64,000 nt of DNA from Nitrospirota bacterium. Lineage in GTDB: Bacteria > Nitrospirota > Thermodesulfovibrionia > Thermodesulfovibrionales > Dissulfurispiraceae. Made by a program: the position numbers and the translations under genes. The notes below the pieces were generated by a model. It had not been told where the DNA came from. It did no database searches and saw only the letters and a program-made list of their open reading frames with translations. Every line of letters starts with the position of its first letter. The stretch's first letter is position 1. The stretch covers positions 43,865 through 107,864 of the forward strand of contig CAVPZX010000009.1 in the NCBI GenBank assembly GCA_963710375.1. Reading direction: 5' to 3'. Positions 22,028 through 31,134 of this stretch are shown piece by piece.

Positions 22028-22148
22028 TCAATTTGACTTATTGAACACTTGCATGTAAATTAAAATAGCATGAAACAACAATAGGTATTGGGGTTTAGAA
22101 TTTTTACCTATGCCTATAACCTATAACATGTAATATAAGGAGGAAAGC

Positions 22149-22559
22149 ATGAGCTTCTGGACAAAAGTAAAGAAAGATCTGCAGACTGGGGTTGATGAGG
22201 GCTTGGCCTTTGTGAAAGAGGGCGCAGCGGTCGTTATGAGAAAAGCCGAATCGCTCACAGACGAAGGAAAGAAACGTTACATACTTTATGAGATGAAAGC
22301 CAAAGTGCAAAAGGAAATAGCGGATTTGGGCGGTAAGGTATACGACCTGAGCGCTAAAATGAAAAATCCCATGCTCGACACTAAAATAAAAGAGATCACC
22401 TCCCGCATCAAAAAGCTTGAGGCCGAGATACTTAAGATCGAGGGAAAACAGGCGCAAGGGGCAAAAAAAACCGTTGTAAAGAAAACCGCTGCAAAAAAAA
22501 CAGTGTCAAAAAAGACGCCGGTAAAGAAAGCTCCGGTCACTCAAGTCGCCCCTGAGTAA
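22149..22559 (+). CDS. Hypothetical coiled-coil protein with a Lys-rich histone-like tail
   Basis: AAGGAGG RBS; tail KKTVV-KKTAA-KKTVS-KKTPV-KKAPV. Confidence 0.8.
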   Translation: MSFWTKVKKDLQTGVDEGLAFVKEGAAVVMRKAESLTDEGKKRYILYEMKAKVQKEIADLGGKVYDLSAKMKNPMLDTKIKEITSRIKKLEAEILKIEGKQAQGAKKTVVKKTAAKKTVSKKTPVKKAPVTQVAPE

Positions 22560-22588
22560 AGTATTCAGTGCCCGGGACTGATAGTTAA

Positions 22589-23206
22589 GTGGAAGCTTTG
22601 CTTGTAGATGCGAGAGGCCTGGGCTGTCCCAAGCCGTTGCTGCTGGCCGAGGATGCACTGTCGGGACTGGATGAGGGCATCATTGATGTATTGGTCGATA
22701 ACGAGGCATCGCTAAAAAACCTCACCCGCTTTGCAACGAAAAACGGGTTTTATTCTGAAGGGTCCAAAGAGGACGGCTACTGGAAAGTCAGAATCATTAA
22801 GGGGTACACTTGCGAAGTCCCTGCCGGACAGTCCGGACCCTCACCCAGTACGGCCAATGAAGAACCTGAAAGGGATGTGCTGCTGATTATCGGTTCAGAC
22901 ACAATCGGTAAAGACGAGACGCTCGGGAAAATCCTGATGAAGGGATTTTTTGAGACAATGAAAGCGACGAACGAGATTCCCCATACCATTTTTCTCCTCA
23001 ATACCGCCGTCAAACTCACAACAACCAACGAAGAGATGGTCATTATTTTGCAGGACCTTGAAAAAATGGGAGTAGAAATCTTTTCCTGCGGCACTTGCCT
23101 TAAACACTACGATCTCGAAAATGCTTTAAAGGTCGGACACCGCGGCACAACAAATCATATCGTGGAAGGTATCAAAGATTTCAACAAAACCGTCTGGATA
23201 GGATAA
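22589..23206 (+). CDS. yedF: Sulfurtransferase-like selenium metabolism protein (TusA/SirA plus DsrE domains)
   Basis: VDARGLGCPKP; LGKILMKGFF; SCGTCLKHY. Confidence 0.85.
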   Translation: MEALLVDARGLGCPKPLLLAEDALSGLDEGIIDVLVDNEASLKNLTRFATKNGFYSEGSKEDGYWKVRIIKGYTCEVPAGQSGPSPSTANEEPERDVLLIIGSDTIGKDETLGKILMKGFFETMKATNEIPHTIFLLNTAVKLTTTNEEMVIILQDLEKMGVEIFSCGTCLKHYDLENALKVGHRGTTNHIVEGIKDFNKTVWIG

Positions 23207-23226
23207 AACAATAAATTTCTATCGTG

Positions 23227-24633
23227 CTATTTTTTTTCTGCATCCTTCCGGAACTCTTCTGAAACAATCCCGTATTTTCTCATTATATGCTGGAGGGATT
23301 GCCGCTCCAGGCCTGCAGTCTGTGCAGCCAGCGAAACATTCCCTTCGGTATGACGCAGCAGGCGCGTTATATATTCTTTGTTGAATACCGACAGGATATT
23401 CTTCCGGGCTTCCCTGTAGTCGAGTCCATATATTTCAGGATTGTCTCCGGTACAAGGAATTATCTGAAGACTCTTTCCGAAATCCTCCGGCGCAAGAAAG
23501 TCATTCTTCGAAAAAATCACCGCGCGCTGTATCTCATTCTGGAGTTCGCGGGCATTGCCTTTCCACGGCCTGGAAACAAGGAGATGTATCGCGTCTTCAG
23601 TAAGCTTTTTCTGGTCTAATCCCATCTCCGCACAAAATAAGGAAAGAAAGTGAAAGGCAATAAAGGGGATGTCCTCAGGGATTTCCCTTAGCGGCGGGGT
23701 ATGAACAGAGACAACGTTCAGTCTATAATAAAGGTCTGATCTGAAAAGACCTGCTGCAATGTTGCCCTCCAGGTCCCGGTTCGTGGCCGCAATGACGCGT
23801 ACATCAACCCGGTGGGTAGTGGTATCTCCCAGGGGTTTGAGTTCCCTTTCCTGCAGCACCCTCAGCAGTTTTGCCTGTAATGGGATAGATATGTCCCCGA
23901 TCTCGTCGAGGAACAAGGTCCCTTCCTGGGCTGCCTGGAAAAGCCCTTCTCTGTCAGAGGTAGCGCCTGTAAAGGCGCCTTTGCGATATCCGAAAAGTTC
24001 GCTCTCCAGAATGTTTTCAGGAATGGCGGGACAGTTTACAGCAACAAAGGGTTTGCCGGCCCGGTTGCTGAGTTTGTGAATCATGCGGGCAGCCAGCTCT
24101 TTTCCGGTACCGGTCTCGCCTGTGATGAGCACTGTTACGTCAGTTTTTGCCACTAACCCCAGGGTGTCGATAAGTTCTTTCATCCTGGGGGATTCTCCAA
24201 CAAAAAAAGCCTCTTTTTCTTTCTCCAGGATTCTCCTTTCCAGATCCTGGTTTTTCTGGAGAAGGCTTTGATGTTCCAATGCCCGCCGCACAGTGTGCAG
24301 CAGCCGCTCCTCCTCGAAAGGCTTTGTAATAAAATCGTAGGCCCCTTCTTTCATCGCCTTCACGGCAGACTCGATGGCGCCATATGCGGTCATTATAATC
24401 ACTGGCAGGAACGCATCCTTTTTCCTGATGTTCTGCAAAAGCTCAATACCGTCCATTCCAGGCATCTTCATATCGGCGAGGACACAGTTGATGGTGTCTT
24501 TATTAATAATGCGCAGGGCCGATTCCGCGCTGTCAGAGCCGCAGGTCTTCAGATGCAGTTCACTTCCGATGAGCCTTTCGAGAAAATGGATCATATCAGG
24601 GTTGTCGTCTACAATCAGAATGGTTTGTTTCAT
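23227..24633 (-). CDS. Sigma54-dependent response regulator (REC-AAA+-HTH)
   Basis: DMKMPG, GETGTGKE, ESELFG..KGAFTGA, WKGNAREL. Confidence 0.95.
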   Translation of the reverse strand: MKQTILIVDDNPDMIHFLERLIGSELHLKTCGSDSAESALRIINKDTINCVLADMKMPGMDGIELLQNIRKKDAFLPVIIMTAYGAIESAVKAMKEGAYDFITKPFEEERLLHTVRRALEHQSLLQKNQDLERRILEKEKEAFFVGESPRMKELIDTLGLVAKTDVTVLITGETGTGKELAARMIHKLSNRAGKPFVAVNCPAIPENILESELFGYRKGAFTGATSDREGLFQAAQEGTLFLDEIGDISIPLQAKLLRVLQERELKPLGDTTTHRVDVRVIAATNRDLEGNIAAGLFRSDLYYRLNVVSVHTPPLREIPEDIPFIAFHFLSLFCAEMGLDQKKLTEDAIHLLVSRPWKGNARELQNEIQRAVIFSKNDFLAPEDFGKSLQIIPCTGDNPEIYGLDYREARKNILSVFNKEYITRLLRHTEGNVSLAAQTAGLERQSLQHIMRKYGIVSEEFRKDAEKK

Positions 24634-26231
24634 GCCTTGTCTCTTTCAACGGGGAACCAGATAGTGAAAGAAGCGCCTGAGCCTTCTTCACTTTGCACCG
24701 AAATCTCCCCTTTGTGTTCCTTCACAATGCCATAGCTCACCGCAAGCCCAAGGCCTGTGCCCTGTCCGGGCGGTTTTGTTGTGAAAAATGGCTCAAATAT
24801 CTTGTCCCTGATCTTTTTAGGGATGCCGCTGCCTGTATCTGAAAAAATAATACGTATACCGTTGCCCTCTCTGTCGTACTCGGTCCTGATAGTAATGTGG
24901 CCCCCTGCTTTCATGGCCTGAAAGGAGTTGATCAGGAGATTATTAAAGACCAGTTTCATCTTGTCCTCATCAGCCGACAGAGGGGGCAGGAAAGGATCAT
25001 AGTGGCGGATTATGCTTACCCTGCCTTGTCGGAACGTTTCCTCCAGTGAAGCCGCCGCCAGCTCCACAGATATATTCATATCAGTAGGTATATGGTTGGC
25101 CTCGGTCTGGCGGGAGAAGTTCAGGAGGTCTTCAACGATCTTCTTGCATAGCAGGGCGTTGTTATAGATAATATCCATATCTGCCTTGGATTGCTCATGA
25201 TCACTGCACTCTTTGCGCAGCAGCTTCGTGTATCCGAGTATCAGGCTAAGGGGATTGTTTATCTCATGCGCCACGCCTGCGGCCAGTTGTCCGATAGATG
25301 CGAGTTTGTCGGCCTGCCGTACCCGCTCCTCCATCTCCTTCTTTTCCTCTTCGGATATTTTCAGGTATCCCATCATGCGGTTAAAGGATTCAGCAAGGTC
25401 TGAAACTTCACCATAATCCCGTGCGTCCAGATGTATGTCCAGATCCCGGCGTCTGTTCACCACGTCCTTGAAAAAGGAACTCACTCTTCTCAGGGGCATC
25501 ACCGCTATCCGGTAATGGAAATAATTAAGAACGCCAAATAGAGCTACCATGCCGCCCACCCCACAGAGGAAAAGGTAAAGGGCTACATGCCTCAATTGCC
25601 TAAAAGTGGCGCTGACCGGAGCCGCGATCGACTCAAGGCCGACTACCTCACCCACTTTCCAGTAATATCCGTTCACTTTTCCATAGTGGCGGGTAATGGA
25701 CTCTGGTGCAGAAGCGGGAGATCCGTGGCAAAGCAGGCACTGGTCCTCCATAACAATCGCCTTTAAATGAAGAAAGTAATCTTCTCCGTTCCTGGTGACC
25801 AGACCCTTCCATTGCCTCTTCGAAGCAGGTTCATTACTGAACTGCCTGATAAAGCCCTCTTCAAATGCGTCAGCCTTGTCTGCCGGATTCCTTGGATGAA
25901 GTGCAACCCTTTTGTAAATGTATCGGGGAAACCTCTGTTTGAACCTCTTCATTATTCCCATGTTCATAAAGGTACTGGACATGACCTGCTGGATGAAAAT
26001 GTTCCCGGGCAAAACATGGAATATCTGGGGTCGAAGTTCATCCCGGGCATACTCCATAGTAGCATCAATATGCCCCAGCACAATATCCGTCTTCTCATAG
26101 GCTTCCTGGATGTACATTTTTTTCAAATACGAATAGGTCAGTAGGGAAACAACAGCGATAACACACAACAGGATGATGCCTAATCCAAACATGAACTTTG
26201 CTGTAAGCGATGATCCGCCCTGCTTTATCAT
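24630..26231 (-). CDS. Sensor histidine kinase with a periplasmic c-type heme (DUF3365-like) domain and HAMP
   Basis: PRNPADKADAFE, CLLCHG (CxxCH), GEVVG; AHEINNPL, FFTTK..GTGLGL. Confidence 0.9.
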   Translation of the reverse strand: MIKQGGSSLTAKFMFGLGIILLCVIAVVSLLTYSYLKKMYIQEAYEKTDIVLGHIDATMEYARDELRPQIFHVLPGNIFIQQVMSSTFMNMGIMKRFKQRFPRYIYKRVALHPRNPADKADAFEEGFIRQFSNEPASKRQWKGLVTRNGEDYFLHLKAIVMEDQCLLCHGSPASAPESITRHYGKVNGYYWKVGEVVGLESIAAPVSATFRQLRHVALYLFLCGVGGMVALFGVLNYFHYRIAVMPLRRVSSFFKDVVNRRRDLDIHLDARDYGEVSDLAESFNRMMGYLKISEEEKKEMEERVRQADKLASIGQLAAGVAHEINNPLSLILGYTKLLRKECSDHEQSKADMDIIYNNALLCKKIVEDLLNFSRQTEANHIPTDMNISVELAAASLEETFRQGRVSIIRHYDPFLPPLSADEDKMKLVFNNLLINSFQAMKAGGHITIRTEYDREGNGIRIIFSDTGSGIPKKIRDKIFEPFFTTKPPGQGTGLGLAVSYGIVKEHKGEISVQSEEGSGASFTIWFPVERDKA

Positions 26232-26394
26232 ACTGCCCAAACTTGTCCCCGGTGCCTGCTGCGCTTTTATTATCTTTTATTATAATCTAAAACAAAGAGG
26301 GCTGTCACAGCAGCCCTGTTCATAGGACAATGATTCGGCTGGATCAGAGGGAGAAGGCAATGGTGAGGGGATTTAGTAATTTATGGAAAAACAT

Positions 26395-28014
26395 CTAATT
26401 GACGGTAACGGATTTCTCTTCACCGGCCAGTTCCTCTAAACAGGAGTGCACACGGGGAAGCACCGCAGTCCCGGACATCACGATCAAATAATCCCCGGGA
26501 TAAATAGTGGTATCCGGCGCCGGGATCAATTCTGAGTCCCCACGTCTGATACCCACCAAAAGACTGTTCTCCGGCCAATCAATATCACATGCTTTTCTGT
26601 CACAAACCGGCGCCCCCAGGCTGACCACTTTTTCTAAGATATGCTTTTCCTCGTCATGTTCCTGAGGGCTCGGCTTCTTGGCCGGTCTTCGTTTAGCCAA
26701 AATACGATTTAACAAAACATCATAAATAGGTTTGCCTTTCAACACATCACTGGCAATATAGGCGGACATGCAAACAGTAACTAAAGCTAATAGCTGCTCC
26801 ATGTTGCCGGTCATTTCCATAATTAAGATGCTGCCTGTAATGGGCGCCTTGACAATGGCGCTAAAGTATGCGGCCATGGCCAGGATGATGAAGTTGTTAA
26901 CATAAATGGGGTCAACATGAAGATACTGGGCCACAATGCTGCCGTACAAATTGCCGCTTAAAGCGCCTATGGTTAAAAGCGGCATAAAAATACCGCCCGG
27001 CACGCCCGTACCATAGCTCAGCATGGTAAATAAAAATTTACCCACAAGAATAACCAGCAGTAGGGTTAGAGCATAATTCATTTGAGGTAACGAATTAATT
27101 AACCTGGCGCCGCCACCCAGCACCTGTGGCAGGACAAACCCGAGGAATCCGGCCGCTACCAAAGGGACGGCCGGCTTTAATTGGGACGGCACGCGTAGTT
27201 TCTCGTAAAAAACCTGAAATTTAACCAGGCTCGAATTGAACAATACCCCAAAAACTCCGACAAAAAGACCCAAGACCACAACATACAGGTAATACTGAAA
27301 TGGCAGCAGCGGAATATTATGAAAATCAAACACCGGACCCTGCCCGAAAACATAGCGGGTGACAAAATCCGCCGTAACCGAGGCAGCCACAGCAGAGGCC
27401 AGCACCACCGGGGAAAAGTTTTTATGCAGTTCCTCCAGGGCAAACACTACCCCGGCCAGGGGTGCGTTAAAGGCTGCGGACAGCCCTGCACTGGCTCCGC
27501 TGGTTAATAAATACTTTTCCTCCATGCTGCTGCGTCTCAAAAGCCGGCTGATCCCCTGACCCGCCGCCGCCCCCAATTGCACCGAAGGACCTTCCCGACC
27601 TAAGGAAAGGCCCGCCCCAATTCCCAATAAACCACCGACAAACTTTACTCCGATTACTTTAAGCCAGTTCATTCTCAAATGTCCTGCCAGAATGCCCTTC
27701 ACCTGCGGGATGCCGCTGCCGGTTGACATAGGTACCATCTTAATCAGCCAGGACAAAATCAGGCCAATACCAATGAGGGAAACAAAGAATAATGCGGTCC
27801 AGCCAAAAGCACTTGACCCCAAAAAAGCAACCAGCTTAGGCCTTGCCGTACTAGTCCAGGCCAGCATAAGTCTAAAACAAACCACGACCACACCGGCAAA
27901 AGCGCCGGTTAAAATACCTTCAAAGAAAAGCTTCAGGCGGAAATCATGCCAGTGCTCCAGTAAGTTTTTTATATAGCCGTTAGGTGCTGCCATATCCCTT
28001 CTCTTCGCTAACAT
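26395..28014 (-). CDS. ClC-family H+/Cl- antiporter with C-terminal TrkA-C (RCK_C) domain
   Basis: GSGIP, GREGP, FNAPLAG, LEELH, GGIFMP, PIY; C-terminal IRRGD..IP. Confidence 0.92.
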   Translation of the reverse strand: MLAKRRDMAAPNGYIKNLLEHWHDFRLKLFFEGILTGAFAGVVVVCFRLMLAWTSTARPKLVAFLGSSAFGWTALFFVSLIGIGLILSWLIKMVPMSTGSGIPQVKGILAGHLRMNWLKVIGVKFVGGLLGIGAGLSLGREGPSVQLGAAAGQGISRLLRRSSMEEKYLLTSGASAGLSAAFNAPLAGVVFALEELHKNFSPVVLASAVAASVTADFVTRYVFGQGPVFDFHNIPLLPFQYYLYVVVLGLFVGVFGVLFNSSLVKFQVFYEKLRVPSQLKPAVPLVAAGFLGFVLPQVLGGGARLINSLPQMNYALTLLLVILVGKFLFTMLSYGTGVPGGIFMPLLTIGALSGNLYGSIVAQYLHVDPIYVNNFIILAMAAYFSAIVKAPITGSILIMEMTGNMEQLLALVTVCMSAYIASDVLKGKPIYDVLLNRILAKRRPAKKPSPQEHDEEKHILEKVVSLGAPVCDRKACDIDWPENSLLVGIRRGDSELIPAPDTTIYPGDYLIVMSGTAVLPRVHSCLEELAGEEKSVTVN

Positions 28015-28040
28015 TATTCAAATTAGCTCTTGAGGAATTA

Positions 28041-28964
28041 CTAAACAACACTTATGGCTGTGCGGACCGCCAGCATCAGGATCATCACGGCAAAGCCCTT
28101 GCGTAAAATAGTTGTGGGCATCCGGTGGCTGGTATAAGCCCCCAGCAAACTGCCAGGCAGTATGCCAAGTAATAGAGGTATGCCTAACATCCAGGGGACA
28201 GAGGAAGCATGCTCCAGCCGGCCTATTAAGCTAAAAAAGCCCGCCAGCATCACCAGGGCAAGACCGGTAGTGATGGCCGGCCTGGTAGGAATTTTAAGAA
28301 AACGGATCATAAAGGGCACAAGTATAGTACCTCCCCCTATGCCCACGATGCCTGCCAGAAAACCTCCTGTCAAACAACCGATAACTGTTTTAGTTATCGA
28401 ATATTCAGGGATATCTTCATGCTCAACCTTCAAGGGCCAAATCATTAAAGTACCGATAAGGAACAACAGGCTGACGAATGTTGTTAAAATCACATTATGC
28501 GGCAGATAGAATTGCACTATCCCTCCTGACAGCGCCCCAATGGATGCAGAACTGCCGGTTATGATCACAAGCCGCTTTTCTACCTTCCCGTGCCGGCCAT
28601 GGGCCCAAAAACCCACGGTCCCCGCCACAAAGACGAAAAGAGTGCAAAGGGCGCTTATTTGATGTATCCCGAGATTCAAATGTACGCCATTTTGAAAATA
28701 CAAAATGATGGGAATAATGAATATGGCGCCCCCTATTCCCAAGAGACTGGATAAAAATGAGCCGCTTAAGCTGCAGCCAAGTAAAAACAGCCAACCTGCC
28801 GCCATCGAAATTCCCAACGTATTTTTGAGATTCAGCATGGCTGCGTTGACAACGCTTACGTTCAACACCAACATTGTGACTCCAAGCAGAACAGTGGAAA
28901 GAATCACCCACTTCCATCTGGGATGCGAGAAAAAACGCGAATTAGAAAATTGTAACCTGCCCAT
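28041..28964 (-). CDS. TauE/SafE-family transporter carrying an N-terminal DHA2-MFS-like first helix
   Basis: Two GIGG(A/G) repeats typical of TauE. The N-terminus WKWVILSTVLLGVTMLVLNVSVVNAAM resembles EmrB/QacA TM1. Confidence 0.8.
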   Translation of the reverse strand: MGRLQFSNSRFFSHPRWKWVILSTVLLGVTMLVLNVSVVNAAMLNLKNTLGISMAAGWLFLLGCSLSGSFLSSLLGIGGAIFIIPIILYFQNGVHLNLGIHQISALCTLFVFVAGTVGFWAHGRHGKVEKRLVIITGSSASIGALSGGIVQFYLPHNVILTTFVSLLFLIGTLMIWPLKVEHEDIPEYSITKTVIGCLTGGFLAGIVGIGGGTILVPFMIRFLKIPTRPAITTGLALVMLAGFFSLIGRLEHASSVPWMLGIPLLLGILPGSLLGAYTSHRMPTTILRKGFAVMILMLAVRTAISVV

Positions 28965-29021
28965 TTCCGAATAACTCCCTGTTAAAAATTTAATTTTAGG
29001 AATCTAAAAGATCCTTTTTGA

Positions 29022-29333
29022 CTAATTAATCATGTATAGCAGGTTCAAGGCCCAGTCATTCGAATCGGTCCCGTGCTCAGTGACAGTACCGTCTTTGACG
29101 GCAGGCTTTTTGGCATCTGAGGCGCTTTGTCCTTGCCCCGTCAACCCATGGCTTGAATCCGCGGGCAAGCTTTGCACTGTCTCCGGAGGAATAAAGCTCG
29201 CACTGCTTAACTGGGAAAAGGCAAACATACCCGTGACCCCTGTGGCTCCAAGCAGAACAGTGACAAGGATAAACCACTTCCAGCCTGGATGCGACGAAAG
29301 TTTTGTCAGCAGATTTTTAATGATGCCGTGCAT
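29022..29333 (-). CDS. Hypothetical membrane-anchored protein sharing the DHA2-like N-terminus
   Basis: SHPGWKWFILVTVLLGAT; GAGGTG RBS; directly after a sigma54 promoter. Confidence 0.6.
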   Translation of the reverse strand: MHGIIKNLLTKLSSHPGWKWFILVTVLLGATGVTGMFAFSQLSSASFIPPETVQSLPADSSHGLTGQGQSASDAKKPAVKDGTVTEHGTDSNDWALNLLYMIN

Positions 29334-29372
29334 GCTTGATTCACCTCATTAGGAGTATTTGTTCGAGGTTAA

Positions 29373-29388
29373 AGCAAGTATAGTGCCA
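29373..29388 (-). promoter_or_regulatory. Sigma54 (-24/-12) promoter
   Basis: TGGCAC-TATAC-TTGCT, exact consensus, about 40 nt upstream of the 29333 start. Confidence 0.85.
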
Positions 29389-29570
29389 TTTTATTCGCTG
29401 TTAATAAGCGCTTGATAAATAGCATTAAACGAATTGGCAAAAGATATATTCGGTGGTTTGAAGGCAAAAAAAATATTGCAGTGCATCATTTTTTTTGCAG
29501 AGCGCGCATAGATCTCCAGCAGAAAAATATGATGCTATTTCTCGAACTAGATGCAGAATTATGAAGTGTG

Positions 29571-29599
29571 GAAGGGCAGGTGATAATAACCTGCCCTTC
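29571..29599 (-). terminator. Hairpin downstream of degP
   Basis: GAAGGGCAGGT-N7-ACCTGCCCTTC. Confidence 0.6.
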
Positions 29600-29615
29600 A
29601 TTGACATGCAGTTAT

Positions 29616-31088
29616 TTACTGCGCTGACAGCGTAACATAAAGAACGGAGCCTCCCCGATATATGAGCAGCAGGACGTCCTGATCTGGTTTGATATGATCG
29701 GCCATTTTCTCGTAATCCTGAACCGTGTTGATTTTATTCCTATCGATCTCGATGATTACATCGTTTCGCATAAGAACACTTCCCGCAGGAGTTCCACCCT
29801 CCACATCGGTAACTATGACACCTGTCACACGCGCCGGGATTCCCAGACCCTTCCTGATTTCAGGGGTCATGTTCTGCGCATGAATTCCCTTCAGGTGATT
29901 GTGAAATGAGCCCGATGCTGTTTGTCCCGTAGATGGCAGTTCAGCGATATCGACTTTTACCTGTTTAGTTTTACCGTCACGGACAATATCGAGCAGGACC
30001 TCTTTGCCTACAGGAGTGCTCGCAGTCGTATTTTTCAACTGCGCCGGATCATTCACCGGGGTACCGTCATACTTGATAATCACATCGCCCCGCTTCAGCC
30101 CCGCTTTTTCTGCCGGGCTGCCTTCCACAACATCTCCGACCAGTGCGCCGCCTTGTTCCTTTAACCCAAACTGTTTAGCAATTTCAGGCGTTAGCGCCTG
30201 CACGGAAACCCCCAGCCAACCTCTCACCACTTTGCCGTTTTTTATAAGGGACTCCATGACGGTTTTTGCCATATTGCTCGGTATGGCAAAGCCGATCCCC
30301 TGATCGCCCCCCGATGTACTGAATATGGCGGTATTGATGCCTATAAGCTCACCCCGAATGTTTACCAGCGCCCCTCCGGAGTTTCCGGGATTGATCGGCG
30401 CATCGGTCTGAATAAAATCCTCGTAATCCGCTATGCCCATGTTTGCCCTGCCGGTGGCGCTCACAATTCCTGATGTCACTGTCTGGTTAAGACCAAAAGG
30501 GTTCCCTATAGCTAACACCCGTTGTCCTACCCGGAGCCTGTCGGAGTCTCCTATATTTAACACCGGCAGATGATCGGAATTGATCTTGATAACCGCTATA
30601 TCAGTCTTCTGGTCAGTACCGATCACTTTGCCTTTGAACTCCCTGCCGTCAGACAGCTTGATCTTGATCTCATCAGCGTCCTTCACCACATGGTTGTTCG
30701 TGAGAATGTAGCCTGCTCTATCGATGATGACTCCCGAACCGAGGCTCGCCTGCTTGTGCTCTCTGGGACCGTTTGCATTTCCAAAGGCGTTGCCAAAAAA
30801 TTGCCTGAAGAAAGGATCATTGAAAAAAGGATTCATTATCCCGGGTGTCTTTATTGTTCTGGTGGTCGAAACGTTTACAACAGCCGGCTTTGCAGCAGCA
30901 GCGACCTCTGCCATAGCCTCGTCAGTCTTCGAGAGGATATCGACCGCCTCTTTGGATATCCTGGGCTCTTCCGAATATGCCTTTGCATGAATTCCCATAC
31001 TCGACGAAATGCCGAGTCCGAGGACCAGCCCCAAGATTGTGAACAACGCAGCAATAGCATATGTTTTCTTGTTGATTAGTCTGCTCAT
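29616..31088 (-). CDS. degP: DegP/DegQ (HtrA/Do) serine endoprotease with two PDZ domains
   Basis: LTNNHVV, TDIAV, QTDAPINPGNSGG, RGWLGV. Confidence 0.93.
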   Translation of the reverse strand: MSRLINKKTYAIAALFTILGLVLGLGISSSMGIHAKAYSEEPRISKEAVDILSKTDEAMAEVAAAAKPAVVNVSTTRTIKTPGIMNPFFNDPFFRQFFGNAFGNANGPREHKQASLGSGVIIDRAGYILTNNHVVKDADEIKIKLSDGREFKGKVIGTDQKTDIAVIKINSDHLPVLNIGDSDRLRVGQRVLAIGNPFGLNQTVTSGIVSATGRANMGIADYEDFIQTDAPINPGNSGGALVNIRGELIGINTAIFSTSGGDQGIGFAIPSNMAKTVMESLIKNGKVVRGWLGVSVQALTPEIAKQFGLKEQGGALVGDVVEGSPAEKAGLKRGDVIIKYDGTPVNDPAQLKNTTASTPVGKEVLLDIVRDGKTKQVKVDIAELPSTGQTASGSFHNHLKGIHAQNMTPEIRKGLGIPARVTGVIVTDVEGGTPAGSVLMRNDVIIEIDRNKINTVQDYEKMADHIKPDQDVLLLIYRGGSVLYVTLSAQ

Positions 31089-31134
31089 TGTTTAACCTCC
31101 AGTATTAAATGTGATTTAGATCCATATATCTCCG

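Noticed and set aside
22081..22126. A ninth inverted micro-repeat array (ATAGG/CCTAT)
   Set aside because: Too short and degenerate to count with confidence.
26395..28014. Fluoride-specific CLC-F with a fluoride riboswitch
   Set aside because: Motifs are canonical GSGIP/GREGP rather than CLC-F type, and no riboswitch-like sequence was seen upstream.
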